DNA from: Sphingomonadales bacterium
GTDB taxonomy: Bacteria; Pseudomonadota; Alphaproteobacteria; Sphingomonadales; Sphingomonadaceae
DNA length: 64,000 bases
Assembly (NCBI GenBank): GCA_027486895.1
Contig: JAIXOE010000028.1
Coordinates: 25,437-89,436, forward strand
Reading direction: 5' to 3'
Part shown: positions 1 through 10,056 of the stretch, piece by piece
Layout of the letters: every line of letters starts with the position of its first letter
Numbering within the stretch: position 1 is the first letter of the stretch
Notes under the pieces: generated by a model
What the model was told of the DNA's origin: nothing
The model's database searches: none
What the model saw: only the letters and a program-made list of their open reading frames with translations
Program-made: the position numbers and the translations under genes

Positions 1-2542
1 ACGGCAGAAACTTCTCACGCTTTTTCAGCAGATAGGTTCCGTCCAGACCGGCGCTTAATACGCCACCCAAGGCATCCACGCCGCCGCGCAACGCAACCTC
101 AAGACCCTCTGTACGACGCGAGCCGATATTGTCGGCGCGCAGGTCGATGAGCGTGATGATCCCGTTGGTACGAGTCACCCGATCAGGGAAGAAGCTGATA
201 TTATCGAGCAACTGGCGCAATGTCAGTGCACCAATGGTATCGTCCACCGCAATGGACCAGTAATCGACCGAGGCGCTGAAACGGCTCGATGGCTGCAGCA
301 CAACGCCAACGCTATGCTGCTTCGATGTTTCTGGTCCAAGGTTAAGATTACCGCCCGAAAGCGTGTCTGGCGTGATCGCTGCACAACCGGGCAGCAAGCT
401 TACGGCGCCCGACGCACATGTTGTCGGGTCAACCAAAGTGTTGCCAGGATTTGGTGATTGCGTAACGCCGTTGAAAATCTGGTTAAACGCAGGAACGCGG
501 AAGCCGGTATTGAAGGACCCACGGAACATCAGCCAGTCAAGCGGCCGGAACTTCGCCGAAATCTTGGGATTAACCGTCGAGCCAAAGCCGCTATAATCGT
601 CAAGACGAACAGCGCCAGTCACCTCAAGCGCATCAAAAACCGGCACGAGCACTTCGGCATAGGCCGCTTTAACCGTGCGGTTTTTCGGGGTCAGCGCATT
701 GATATTGTCAAAGGCGACGTTGAAAATGTCTGGCGTTCCCGTGACAGCAGATGGTGAACCATTGAAGCTATATGTCTCGCGACGGTAATCCACGCCAAGC
801 GCGACCTGAACTGTTCCACCGGGCAAATCAAACAGCGATCCGGAAACCGATGCGTCGAGTTGCTTCACCTCATATTTACCGCCGTAAAGCGTTACGCCTT
901 CGGCAGAAATCGCGTCCAGTCCAGCAAGCGCCGCATCTGACTGCGACAGCGAGAACGGGTTCAGGATACCGCTGTTCAATAGGCCAACAATGCCCGGGCG
1001 CGTTGCGCCGGGAGCCGTTGGTGCGCGTGGATCAATACCGCCAGATACTGCGCCGGCAACACCCGACGCAGCCGCTGCTGCTGCCGAGGCGAAGGTTCCA
1101 CGATAATGGTACCCAGTGCCCAATACCGACGTCGATTGGCTGCGGGCATAAGATCCACCCGCACGATAGTCCCAACCATCCCACAACGGACCTTCTGCGC
1201 CTAAACCGGCGCGCAACGTCTTTGTGTTGGTTTCATATTCACGCACGCCGCATGATGTACAACGCCAGCGATACGATATCGGCTTGCCATAATTGGGAGC
1301 GATTTGCGGGAAAACCGCGACCAGCTTGCTGTAAACATCGTTGTACGTCGCTGCTGTCGTCGCGTTCAACGGATAATATAAAGGCAGGGTCGTGGCGTTG
1401 CCGGAATATTGGTTGTTGGAGAAACGCTTCGAGGAATCGGCGTCCGAGCCAGTGATTTCAGCATAAAATTGGTGGTCGCCAAGTTTCGCAGTTGCGCGTC
1501 CATAATAAGTCAGCGTGTTCAATGGCTGCTGAAGGACAGCAGCGCGGCCGGTATCCCAAGCACAGGCAAAACGGGCCGAGGTATTTGCCCACAATTGTTC
1601 ATCATAAGCCATGCCACCATCCATCGATGCGCAACCTGCGCCGCCGGGGAGGTCAAGAATATTGATCCCGCCAGTCGCAGGGACAGTTGCCCCCGCCTCG
1701 AGCAAGGTAACACCGCTTAAAAGCGAGCCGGTTGGAGCAAACAGCGCATTTGAACCTGTTGCGAACGCAGTAGCAATTGGCGTTCCACGTGTGTCGACCG
1801 AGAGACCGCGATTGGGCTGGTTGCCGTTAACAAAGCTGCGTTCTGAACCGTTCAGGGCTTTACTGACGCTTCTGCTAACGGTGGCCATGATGTTGAAGCC
1901 GTCTTCGTTCAGGTCGCCATAACCACCCGTCGCCGACAGCCGATAAATAGCGCCGCCGCCTGCTTCGGCCACGTCGGCAAATTCGTTTAACACGAGGCCT
2001 TGGAAATTGGTCTTGGTGATGAAGTTGATGACACCGCCGATGGCATCGGTTCCATAAATAGCCGACGCGCCATCTTTCAGAATCTCGACGCGCTCAAGCG
2101 CGGCCATCGGAATTTGGTTCACATCGACCGCCGATCCCGTCAGTCCGTGTGCAGCCACACGGCGTCCGTTGAGCAAGACCAACGTCGATGCCGCCCCCTG
2201 TCCGCGCAAGTTGGCTGCCGAAAGCCCATTGGTGCCGCGCTGCGCACCCGAGGTGACATCAGCATTTGAGGCAAGGTTGTCGGCGCCATTTCCGTTGGTC
2301 GAGAGATAGGAAATCAGCTGTTCAGGGCTGTTGATACCCTCACGCGAAAGATCGTCCGTGGTGATAACCTGCAACGGCAGCGCGCTCTTGGCAGGATCTT
2401 GCTTGATACGTGAACCGGTCACGATAATCGCCGCGCCGTCATCAGATGTTTCAGCGGCGCTGGGCGTGGATGCATCCTGCGCAAAGGCAGGCGCCGTCAG
2501 GCATGTGGCCAGCAAAAGAATCGCCGTTCTTGAATGTCTCAT
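1..2542 (-). CDS. TonB-dependent receptor (3' end runs off the window)
   Basis: Manual translation from ATG 2542: signal peptide MRHSRTAILLLATCLTAPAFAQ, TonB box IIVTGSRI, plug motifs NLRGQG..TLVLLNGRR and IPMAALERVEILKDGASAIYGTDAIGGVINFI. Absent from the ORF track because no stop lies in the window. Confidence 0.93.
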   Translation of the reverse strand, partial: MRHSRTAILLLATCLTAPAFAQDASTPSAAETSDDGAAIIVTGSRIKQDPAKSALPLQVITTDDLSREGINSPEQLISYLSTNGNGADNLASNADVTSGAQRGTNGLSAANLRGQGAASTLVLLNGRRVAAHGLTGSAVDVNQIPMAALERVEILKDGASAIYGTDAIGGVINFITKTNFQGLVLNEFADVAEAGGGAIYRLSATGGYGDLNEDGFNIMATVSRSVSKALNGSERSFVNGNQPNRGLSVDTRGTPIATAFATGSNALFAPTGSLLSGVTLLEAGATVPATGGINILDLPGGAGCASMDGGMAYDEQLWANTSARFACAWDTGRAAVLQQPLNTLTYYGRATAKLGDHQFYAEITGSDADSSKRFSNNQYSGNATTLPLYYPLNATTAATYNDVYSKLVAVFPQIAPNYGKPISYRWRCTSCGVREYETNTKTLRAGLGAEGPLWDGWDYRAGGSYARSQSTSVLGTGYHYRGTFASAAAAAASGVAGAVSGGIDPRAPTAPGATRPGIVGLLNSGILNPFSLSQSDAALAGLDAISAEGVTLYGGKYEVKQLDASVSGSLFDLPGGTVQVALGVDYRRETYSFNGSPSAVTGTPDIFNVAFDNINALTPKNRTVKAAYAEVLVPVFDALEVTGAVRLDDYSGFGSTVNPKISAKFRPLDWLMFRGSFNTGFRVPAFNQIFNGVTQSPNPGNTLVDPTTCASGAVSLLPGCAAITPDTLSGGNLNLGPETSKQHSVGVVLQPSSRFSASVDYWSIAVDDTIGALTLRQLLDNISFFPDRVTRTNGIITLIDLRADNIGSRRTEGLEVALRGGVDALGGVLSAGLDGTYLLKKREKFLP

Positions 2543-2680
2543 ATTATCCCCCTGTTATTTCAGCTCACCCCTGAGCCTTGTTTATCAGCACACGCTATGC
2601 CTACATTTTGTGCATTGCAACTATCTTTGGACGCAGCTTAGCTGCAAATCCGGTCCAATTTTACAACTATTCTTGCTTTG

Positions 2681-2697
2681 TCTACTTGGTGGGTTGA
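2681..2697. promoter_or_regulatory. Putative Rrf2 operator (TCTACT-N5-GGTTGA)
   Basis: Imperfect 6-5-6 palindrome just upstream of the Rrf2 gene; near-identical copy at 3241-3257; both preceded by TTG. Confidence 0.55.
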
Positions 2698-2728
2698 AAA
2701 AACAGGCCGTTCGGCCCAAAAGCGGCAT

Positions 2729-3166
2729 ATGCTGTCACAGAAAACCCGCTATGCCATTCGCGCCATGCAGCATCTTGCCGACCATTTCGGCGAAGGCCCT
2801 GTCCAATTGGCAGACATTGCCGAGGCGCAAAAAATTCCGCCAAAATTTCTGACGGTCATATTGTCCGAACTGACACGTTCGGGCCTAGTCGCATCGCAGC
2901 GGGGCAAAGATGGCGGATATTGGTTGGGCGTCGCGCCCATCGACATAAGCTATGGCGACCTCATCCGTATCATGCGCGGTTCGCTAGCATTGGTGCCCTG
3001 TGCCAGCCGTTACGCGCACGAGACATGCAAGAACTGCGTCGAGGAGGAAAACTGCCGCACCCGCGCGCTGATGCTTCAGGTGCGCGACAAGACCGCCGAC
3101 CTGTTGGACGGAATCAATCTATGCGACGTCGTCGACGCTGAAGCCTTCGCACAGGCCGCAGAATAA
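2729..3166 (+). CDS. Rrf2 family transcriptional regulator with four C-terminal Cys
   Basis: MLSQKTRYAIRAM..., wHTH motif SQRGKDGGYWL, C-terminal CASRYAHETCKNCVEEENC. Start moved to ATG 2729. Confidence 0.92.
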   Translation: MLSQKTRYAIRAMQHLADHFGEGPVQLADIAEAQKIPPKFLTVILSELTRSGLVASQRGKDGGYWLGVAPIDISYGDLIRIMRGSLALVPCASRYAHETCKNCVEEENCRTRALMLQVRDKTADLLDGINLCDVVDAEAFAQAAE

Positions 3167-3240
3167 TCCTGTAAAAACCGGATAGCGCACAAACAGAACC
3201 TTTTGGCGCTGAAAGCAAATTCTGGTTTCAAAACATATTG

Positions 3241-3257
3241 TCAATTGAATTGGTTGA
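3241..3257. promoter_or_regulatory. Putative Rrf2 operator (TCAATT-N5-GGTTGA)
   Basis: Second copy of the 6-5-6 motif, upstream of the YezD-like ORF. Confidence 0.55.
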
Positions 3258-3315
3258 GTTTAGCTATCTGCGAATGACGAGGCGGCATAATCTGCTCGTT
3301 GCATAAGGGGTGCCC

Positions 3316-3492
3316 ATGACCGATACTGATCAAAATCTAAGCGGCCAGCCTATCTCTGCATCGCTTTCCGAACCCATGCGCGCCGTTCTTGATGCACTCA
3401 ATACGCTGCGCTTTGGTGCCATCCAACTGACCGTCCACGATGGCAAACTCGTTCAGGTCGACATTACGGAGCGCAAGCGCTTCTCCAATTAA
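3316..3492 (+). CDS. YezD/DUF2292 (OscA-like) small protein
   Basis: Motif LRFGAIQLTVHDGKLVQVDITERKR is typical of DUF2292, a family found next to sulfate-uptake genes. Confidence 0.85.
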   Translation: MTDTDQNLSGQPISASLSEPMRAVLDALNTLRFGAIQLTVHDGKLVQVDITERKRFSN

Positions 3493-3559
3493 TTCTTCCT
3501 CCTCATATAAGAGGCAGACCGGACGTCCGGATGCATCTGTTTTTGCGAAAGTTAAACAC

Positions 3560-6001
3560 ATGCGTTTTCGTCCCATTGGGCCTTCATTGGCTCTGATAAT
3601 TATACTCGCCTCGGCCACGCCGGCGTTCGCGGAATCTGCGGCTACGCAGGATTCGGCAATCAATTCCGACACACAAGCACAAGAAGATCCCGGCCGAGGT
3701 GATGTCATCATCGTCACCGCACGCCGCCGCCAGGAAACCGCGCAAGAAGTGCCGCTGGCGATTTCGGTCATTCGTGGTGACAGCATCGAATCCACCGGCA
3801 ATTTCAACGTGGTGAAGCTTCAGCAGCTTGCCCCCACTTTGCAGGTTTACGCATCGAACCCGCGCAACACAGCTGTGAACATCCGTGGCCTTGGCGTGCC
3901 GTTCGGCCTGACCAGCGACGGATTTGAACAGGGCGTGGGCATATACGTCGACGATGTTTACAACGCACGCGTCGCCGCCGCGACGTTCGATTTCCTTGAT
4001 GTCGAACAAGTCGAAGTGCTGCGCGGGCCGCAAGGTTCGCTGTACGGCAAGAATACGACGGCAGGCGCGATTAACATCACCACAAACCAGCCGACCTTTA
4101 ACTTCGAAGGCCGCGCCGAAGTCACTGTGGGTAATCTCAATTTCAAACAAGCCAAGGCTGCCATATCAGGGCCGTTATCGGACACCATCGCCGCGCGCAT
4201 AGCGGTATCGTCGACCAGCCGCCGGGGCACGATATTCAACGTGACAAGCAATAGGTTCATTAACGAGCAGGACAATATCGGCTTGCGCGGCACATTGTTG
4301 TTCCTGCCCAATGACGACCTCAGCATAACATTATCGGGCGATTACAGCCGTCAAAATCCTGAATGCTGCGGCACAGTCTTTGTACGCACCGGACTGACGC
4401 AACGCCCCTTGGCACGCCAATATGAAGCGCTTGCAGCCGCGCAGAATTACAGCGTGATTTCGCGCAACCCGTTCGACCGCCTGACCGACATTGACGCGCC
4501 CTTGAACGCTGGCAATATCATCGGCGGTGCGTCGTTGAAGGTAAAGTTGGATGCCGGCCCCGGAACATTTACGTCGATTTCGGCATGGCGGTTCTGGGAT
4601 TGGAAGCCCGAGAACGACCGGGACTTCACCGGCTTGCCGATCGTTAGCGCTTCACAAAACCCCTCACAACAGGATCAGTACAGCCAAGAGTTTCGCTATA
4701 ATTATGCAGGTGACAAGGTTGATTTCGTCATCGGCGCTTTTGGTTTTAAGCAACGGATTGATACCCAAGGCTTTGAACAGCAAGGCGCGGCCTCCAGTCG
4801 CTGGAACTTGACCGGCACGCTTGCGAACAATCCTGCGGTTCTCGCCGGCCTCACCGCGCGCAACACGCAGTTTCTCAAAAGCACCAGCGCGGCATTATTT
4901 GGCCAAGCAAACTGGAAAGTCACCGATGCGCTGACCATTCAGCCAGGCTTGCGGATCAACTATGACAAGAAATCGGGCTTTTATCAGCGGGTCGTTACCA
5001 CAGGCTCAGGCGCGATCCTGACCTGCCCGCAGCCTGCCGGATCGATTGGCGCCGCACAGTGCGGCGTTTTTACCCCGCAAACCAGTGCCCCTTCGGTCAG
5101 CGATTGGAACTTCAGTTACGATCTGAATGCCAATTATAAAGTCGCGCAGGATGTCCTTGCTTATGCAAGCTATGCAAAGAGCTTCAAAACAGTTGGTATC
5201 AATCAAAATGGCCTTCCGCTTGATAGCGCGGGCGTGCCGATCGCGTCAGCTGGCGTGGTGAAGCCTGAATCGGTCAACCATTTTGAAGTTGGCGTCAAAA
5301 CGCAGTTCTGGGACCGCAGGGCGACATTCAACCTGACGGCCTTCCGCACGGACATCAAAAACTATCAGGCAACGGTCACCAATGGCCAGTTGGGGGTGTT
5401 GCGGGGATATCTCGCCAATGCGGGCAAAGTGCGTTCACAAGGTCTTGAAGCAGACTTCAAAATCCGCACCAGCGACCGCTTCAGCGCCTATTTGAACGGG
5501 GCCTATACCGACGCCAAATATGCTAGGTTCGTCGATGCGCCATGCCCGCCAGAACTTTCTGGCGGAACGACCGTCGGCGCGGGCCAGACACCAAGTGCGC
5601 CCGGAACCCCCGGCGGACTAAGCCCCGCGAATTGCGACATTTCCGGCCAGAGCCTTCCCGGCGTATCGAAATGGGCTGTGTCGTACGGCGCGGAGGTCAA
5701 TACGCCGCTGACGTTGCTCGCAACCGATGGCCAATTATATGTTGGATTTGACGGCAACTACCGGTCGGACTTCTCGTCCAACCCGTCACCTTCGATTTAT
5801 ACCAATATCGAGGGCTATGCTTTGTCCAATTACCGCGTCGGTTTCCGCGCGGATAATTTCGATATCTACGGCTGGGTTCGCAATATCTTTGACGTGCAAT
5901 ATTTCGAACTACTTCAGGTCGCGCCAAGCAATGTTGGCTTGATTGCGGGACAACTCGGCGATCCGCGCACATTCGGCGTGACCATCAAGTTCAACTTCTG
6001 A
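3560..6001 (+). CDS. TonB-dependent receptor
   Basis: TonB box IIVTARRR, plug motif VEVLRGPQGSLYGKNTTAGAINI, C-terminal PRTFGVTIKFNF. Start moved to ATG 3560. Confidence 0.95.
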   Translation: MRFRPIGPSLALIIILASATPAFAESAATQDSAINSDTQAQEDPGRGDVIIVTARRRQETAQEVPLAISVIRGDSIESTGNFNVVKLQQLAPTLQVYASNPRNTAVNIRGLGVPFGLTSDGFEQGVGIYVDDVYNARVAAATFDFLDVEQVEVLRGPQGSLYGKNTTAGAINITTNQPTFNFEGRAEVTVGNLNFKQAKAAISGPLSDTIAARIAVSSTSRRGTIFNVTSNRFINEQDNIGLRGTLLFLPNDDLSITLSGDYSRQNPECCGTVFVRTGLTQRPLARQYEALAAAQNYSVISRNPFDRLTDIDAPLNAGNIIGGASLKVKLDAGPGTFTSISAWRFWDWKPENDRDFTGLPIVSASQNPSQQDQYSQEFRYNYAGDKVDFVIGAFGFKQRIDTQGFEQQGAASSRWNLTGTLANNPAVLAGLTARNTQFLKSTSAALFGQANWKVTDALTIQPGLRINYDKKSGFYQRVVTTGSGAILTCPQPAGSIGAAQCGVFTPQTSAPSVSDWNFSYDLNANYKVAQDVLAYASYAKSFKTVGINQNGLPLDSAGVPIASAGVVKPESVNHFEVGVKTQFWDRRATFNLTAFRTDIKNYQATVTNGQLGVLRGYLANAGKVRSQGLEADFKIRTSDRFSAYLNGAYTDAKYARFVDAPCPPELSGGTTVGAGQTPSAPGTPGGLSPANCDISGQSLPGVSKWAVSYGAEVNTPLTLLATDGQLYVGFDGNYRSDFSSNPSPSIYTNIEGYALSNYRVGFRADNFDIYGWVRNIFDVQYFELLQVAPSNVGLIAGQLGDPRTFGVTIKFNF

Positions 6002-6143
6002 TGCGCACCCGACATTTGTTGCGATGCCCGGCGCTAAACACATTCTTGGGTGTTCCAAACAAATTAGTGAGATACAAAGCGGTGGCTAAAGAAGTTAGTC
6101 CCGATTATGCATTCGACATTCCAGCGCAAAGGGCGAGACTTGG

Positions 6144-6920
6144 ATGATTGACTATATTGCCAATATCGACTGGTCTGCCGTTGCGCCTTACATCGCGGTC
6201 GGCTTTGCCGCACAGTTGATCGATGGCGCGCTTGGAATGGCGTTCGGTGTCATTTGTAGCACATTGCTGGTCAGCGTCATGGGCGTCGCCCCTGCCCGCG
6301 CATCGGCTGCTGTGCATTTTGTCGAGATGTTCACAACTGGCGCATCGGGCATTAGCCATGTGTTGCACAAGAATGTCGATTGGAAACTCTTTAGCCGCAT
6401 CGCCATTCCCGGCGTCATAGGCGGCTGTACTGGCGCTTATCTTTTGGCGAATATCCATACCGAGGCGGCGCGCCCCTTTGTAATGGCATATCTCACGCTC
6501 ATCGGCTTTTACCTGCTGCATAAAGCGTGGGACTTCACCCATGAACACAAGCCACGCGACCCGAAGGTCACCATACCACTTGGCCTCATTGGCGGCTTTC
6601 TGGATGCATCGGGTGGCGGTGGATGGGGACCAGTCGTTACATCCAACCTGCTTATTCAGGGCGCGGATCCCCGCAAAACCATTGGTACCGTTAATACCGC
6701 CGAATTTTTCCTGACCGTTGCTGTGTCGATGACCTTCATCCTGACGATCGGACTGGAGGCGTTTACGGTTGTGACCGGAGGTCTGCTAATTGGCGGTTTA
6801 CTGGCCGCACCGTTCGGCGCGCTGGTAGCCAAGCGCATTCAACCGCGCATGTTGTTGTTCGCTGTCAGCATCGTCCTGATCGCGACAAGCATGTTCAGCC
6901 TCTACAAAGCACTGGCCTGA
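6144..6920 (+). CDS. TSUP (TauE/SafE) family sulfur-compound transporter
   Basis: Multi-TM protein with DGALGMAFGV and ASGGGGWGPV signature motifs. Confidence 0.9.
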   Translation: MIDYIANIDWSAVAPYIAVGFAAQLIDGALGMAFGVICSTLLVSVMGVAPARASAAVHFVEMFTTGASGISHVLHKNVDWKLFSRIAIPGVIGGCTGAYLLANIHTEAARPFVMAYLTLIGFYLLHKAWDFTHEHKPRDPKVTIPLGLIGGFLDASGGGGWGPVVTSNLLIQGADPRKTIGTVNTAEFFLTVAVSMTFILTIGLEAFTVVTGGLLIGGLLAAPFGALVAKRIQPRMLLFAVSIVLIATSMFSLYKALA

Positions 6921-7030
6921 TTCCGCACTAAGCTTGCTTTTCTGCGATAACCTACATATAGGCGCGCGCTTGCCGTTCATGGTCATCCCTGGAGGCGTGG
7001 CGGCAAGGTAACTTTTTTTGGAGAATAAAC

Positions 7031-7648
7031 ATGAGCGATCAGCTGACTTTGTCGGCAGAGACGCGCAATGGGGCAGGCAAGGGAGCCTCCCGCGAATTGC
7101 GTCGTCAAAACCGAGTGCCCGCCGTAATTTACGGCAACAAACAAGAACCCGAACTCATCCACGTTGAGGAAAAGGCGCTCATCAAACTTTTGATGACTGG
7201 CCACTTTTCAAACAGCGTCGTCGAGATCGAACTTGGTGGCAAAAAACAGATCACGATTCCAAAGGATGTTGCATTTCATCCTGTCAGCGATCGTCCAATG
7301 CATGTTGACTTCCTGCGCATCGTTAAGGGCGCCAAGGTCGATGTTGAAGTTCCTGTTATATTCGTCAACGAAGACGCATCGCCCGGTCTGAAGCGTGGCG
7401 GTGTCTTGAACATCGTGCGTCATGAACTTGAACTCATCTGCGACAATGACAAGATTCCTGATGACATCCAGATCGATGTTTCGGGCTTTGACATTGGCGA
7501 CTCGATCCACATCAGCAGCGTCAAGCTGCCTAAGGGTTCGGAAAGCAAGATCACTGACCGCGATTTCACCATCGCGACCATCGTTGCACCATCCGCGCTC
7601 AAGTCGAGCGATGGTGACACGACCGCCGAAGGCGAAGCAGCAGCTTAA
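7031..7648 (+). CDS. rplY: 50S ribosomal protein L25 / general stress protein Ctc
   Basis: [20 protein letters not shown] and HVDFLRI motifs; canonical position upstream of pth. Confidence 0.97.
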   Translation: MSDQLTLSAETRNGAGKGASRELRRQNRVPAVIYGNKQEPELIHVEEKALIKLLMTGHFSNSVVEIELGGKKQITIPKDVAFHPVSDRPMHVDFLRIVKGAKVDVEVPVIFVNEDASPGLKRGGVLNIVRHELELICDNDKIPDDIQIDVSGFDIGDSIHISSVKLPKGSESKITDRDFTIATIVAPSALKSSDGDTTAEGEAAA

Positions 7649-7707
7649 ATTAATCTCCGGGGTCGGGTTTTGGCCCGCCCCCGGATATTCCCCAAGGGAT
7701 GCGCGCG

Positions 7708-8280
7708 ATGCAATTATGGGTAGGTCTCGGTAATCCAGGCGCCACCTATGCGATGCACCGGCACAATATCGGTTTCATGGCGATTGATGCGCTGGCCGAA
7801 ATTCACGACCTGCCATTGCCCGCCAAGAAATTTTTAGGCTGGGTGCAGGTACTTCGTCTCGGATCCGAAAAAATCATCCTTCTCAAACCCGCAACGTTCA
7901 TGAACGAAAGCGGTCGCAGCGTGCGCGCAGCGATGGATTTCTATAAGCTTGAGTCCAAAGACGTGACCGTCTTTTATGACGAGCTCGACCTTGCGCCGTT
8001 CAAGGTGAAGGTTAAGTTTGGCGGCGGCGCTGCTGGCCATAATGGCATCCGGTCGATGACTGATCATATTGGCGCCGAATTCCGCCGTGTTCGTCTCGGC
8101 ATTGGCCATCCGGGCAATAAAGACCGCGTTACGGGCTATGTGCTCGGCAACTTCCACAAAAGCGAAATCGACGATTTGGCGGACTTATTGGGCGTACTGG
8201 CTTCAGAAGCCGATTGGCTGGCCAAGGGCGATGACGTACGCTTCATGAACGATGTCGCCATGCGTTTGCAGCAGGACTAA
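7708..8280 (+). CDS. pth: Peptidyl-tRNA hydrolase
   Basis: VGLGNPG, HRHNIGF, TFMNESG and GHNGIRS motifs. Confidence 0.97.
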   Translation: MQLWVGLGNPGATYAMHRHNIGFMAIDALAEIHDLPLPAKKFLGWVQVLRLGSEKIILLKPATFMNESGRSVRAAMDFYKLESKDVTVFYDELDLAPFKVKVKFGGGAAGHNGIRSMTDHIGAEFRRVRLGIGHPGNKDRVTGYVLGNFHKSEIDDLADLLGVLASEADWLAKGDDVRFMNDVAMRLQQD

Positions 8281-8284
8281 GCCC

Positions 8285-8794
8285 GTGCAACGCGTGCTGG
8301 TCATTGGCCCGTGCGGTGCAGGCAAATCAACATTGGCTGGTGAACTTGGCGGGCGCCTTAAACTGCCTGTGTTCCATATGGATCAGCTCAACTGGAAACC
8401 CGGCTGGGTCGAGAGCAGCAAGGATGAAATTGCTACAAAGCTGGGCGATATCGTCGCAACTGACCGCTGGCTGATTGATGGCACATATGGCGGCACGCTG
8501 GCCCCGCGCCTCGAGCGGGCTGACACGGTTGTCTACCTCGATTTCCCGATCAGCCTGTGCGTCCGCCGTTTGCTGAAACGTATCTGGACCTATCGCGGGC
8601 GAAGCCGCCCCGACATGACCGAGGGGTGCCCCGAACGTTTCGACATTGCGTTTCTTTTCTACCTGATCCGCTGGAACAGTGGCCCGCGCATTCGCACCGA
8701 GGCCCGGCTGAAGGGTCATGAAAACAAGATAATCCGACTGCGAAACCCCGATGAATTGCAGCGCTGGATGGACTCGTTGCCCGCCGTCGCCTAG
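8285..8794 (+). CDS. P-loop kinase of the FlaR / topology modulation protein type
   Basis: VLVIGPCGAGKST Walker A, WLIDGTY and PDMTEGCPERFD. GTG start at 8285. Confidence 0.8.
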   Translation: MQRVLVIGPCGAGKSTLAGELGGRLKLPVFHMDQLNWKPGWVESSKDEIATKLGDIVATDRWLIDGTYGGTLAPRLERADTVVYLDFPISLCVRRLLKRIWTYRGRSRPDMTEGCPERFDIAFLFYLIRWNSGPRIRTEARLKGHENKIIRLRNPDELQRWMDSLPAVA

Positions 8795-8827
8795 GGACGC
8801 CGCTATTCAATCTCCCACGAGGATCAT

Positions 8828-9928
8828 ATGGGCTTTAAATGCGGTATCGTCGGACTTCCCAATGTTGGCAAGTCCACCCTGTTCAACGCACTGACCGAAA
8901 CGGCAGCAGCGCAAGCGGCGAACTATCCGTTCTGCACGATTGAACCCAATATCGGCAACGTAGCGGTCCCTGACCCGCGCTTGCAAACCATCGCCAAAAT
9001 CGGCGGCAGCCAAAAAATTATCGAAACCCAATTGGGCTTTGTCGACATCGCTGGCCTCGTGCGCGGCGCTTCAAAGGGCGAAGGCCTTGGCAACCAGTTT
9101 CTGGGCAACATTCGCGAAGTCGATGCCATCGTCCACGTGCTGCGCTGTTTCGAAGATGACGACATCCAGCATGTCGACAACAAGATTGACCCGATTTCAG
9201 ACGCAGAAACGGTGGAAACCGAATTGATGCTGTCCGATTTGGAAAGCCTTGAAAAGCGCGTGCCCAATCTCATCAAAAAAGGGACGCAGGGCGACAAGGA
9301 AGCCAAGATCAGCGCGGCGGTATTGAGCCGTGCGCTTGACCTGCTGCGCGAAGGCAAGCCAGCGCGCCTGACCAAGCGCGACGATGCCGAAGAAGAGCGG
9401 CATTTCCAAATGGCACAGCTTTTGACCGCAAAGCCGGTGCTGTATGTCTGCAACGTCGAAGAGGCGAGCGCTGCCAACGGCAATGCGCTGTCCGCACGCG
9501 TATTTGAAAAGGCGAAGGCCGAGGGCGCCGAAGCTGTTGTCGTATCTGCTGCCATCGAAGCTGAAATCTCCACCATGCCAGCCGAAGACCGCGAAGTGTT
9601 CTTGGAAGACCTTGGCTTGACCGAAACCGGCCTCGCCCGCGTCATCCGCGCTGGGTATGAATTGCTTCACCTCATCACCTTCTTCACTGTCGGCCCCAAA
9701 GAGGCGCGTGCGTGGACCATCCACCAAGGCGATACCGCCCCCAACGCAGCGGGCGCGATCCACAGCGATTTCGAAAAAGGCTTCATCCGCGCCGAAACCA
9801 TGGCCTATGACGACTATGTCCAGTACAATGGCGAAGCCGGCGCGAAGGAAGCGGGCAAATGGCGTTCGGAAGGCAAGGAATATCTCGTCAAAGACGGCGA
9901 TATCCTGTTGTTCCGGTTTAACGTCTGA
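8828..9928 (+). CDS. ychF: Redox-regulated ATPase YchF
   Basis: GIVGLPNVGKST, FVDIAGLVRGASKGEGLGNQFL and C-terminal DGDILLFRFNV. Confidence 0.98.
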   Translation: MGFKCGIVGLPNVGKSTLFNALTETAAAQAANYPFCTIEPNIGNVAVPDPRLQTIAKIGGSQKIIETQLGFVDIAGLVRGASKGEGLGNQFLGNIREVDAIVHVLRCFEDDDIQHVDNKIDPISDAETVETELMLSDLESLEKRVPNLIKKGTQGDKEAKISAAVLSRALDLLREGKPARLTKRDDAEEERHFQMAQLLTAKPVLYVCNVEEASAANGNALSARVFEKAKAEGAEAVVVSAAIEAEISTMPAEDREVFLEDLGLTETGLARVIRAGYELLHLITFFTVGPKEARAWTIHQGDTAPNAAGAIHSDFEKGFIRAETMAYDDYVQYNGEAGAKEAGKWRSEGKEYLVKDGDILLFRFNV

Positions 9929-9949
9929 GGCGGCACGGTAGCCCATCCG

Positions 9950-10026
9950 GTCACCCTGAACGCGTTTCAGGATCTTAATGTGTGACCCGTGGAGAAAGTA
10001 AGATGCTGAAACAAGTTCAGCATGAC
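9950..10026. repeat. REP-like extragenic inverted repeat
   Basis: 27-bp imperfect arms GTCACCCTGAACGCGTTTCAGGATCTT (9950-9976) and AAGATGCTGAAACAAGTTCAGCATGAC (10000-10026); each arm is itself internally palindromic. Confidence 0.7.
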
Positions 10027-10056
10027 GGTTGAAGATAAATAGGCTAACTACAAGCC

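Noticed and set aside
2543-3559. Cobalamin/TPP riboswitch upstream of the TonB receptors
   Set aside because: No hallmark riboswitch motifs were recognised here or at 60675-60821; an Infernal scan would settle it.
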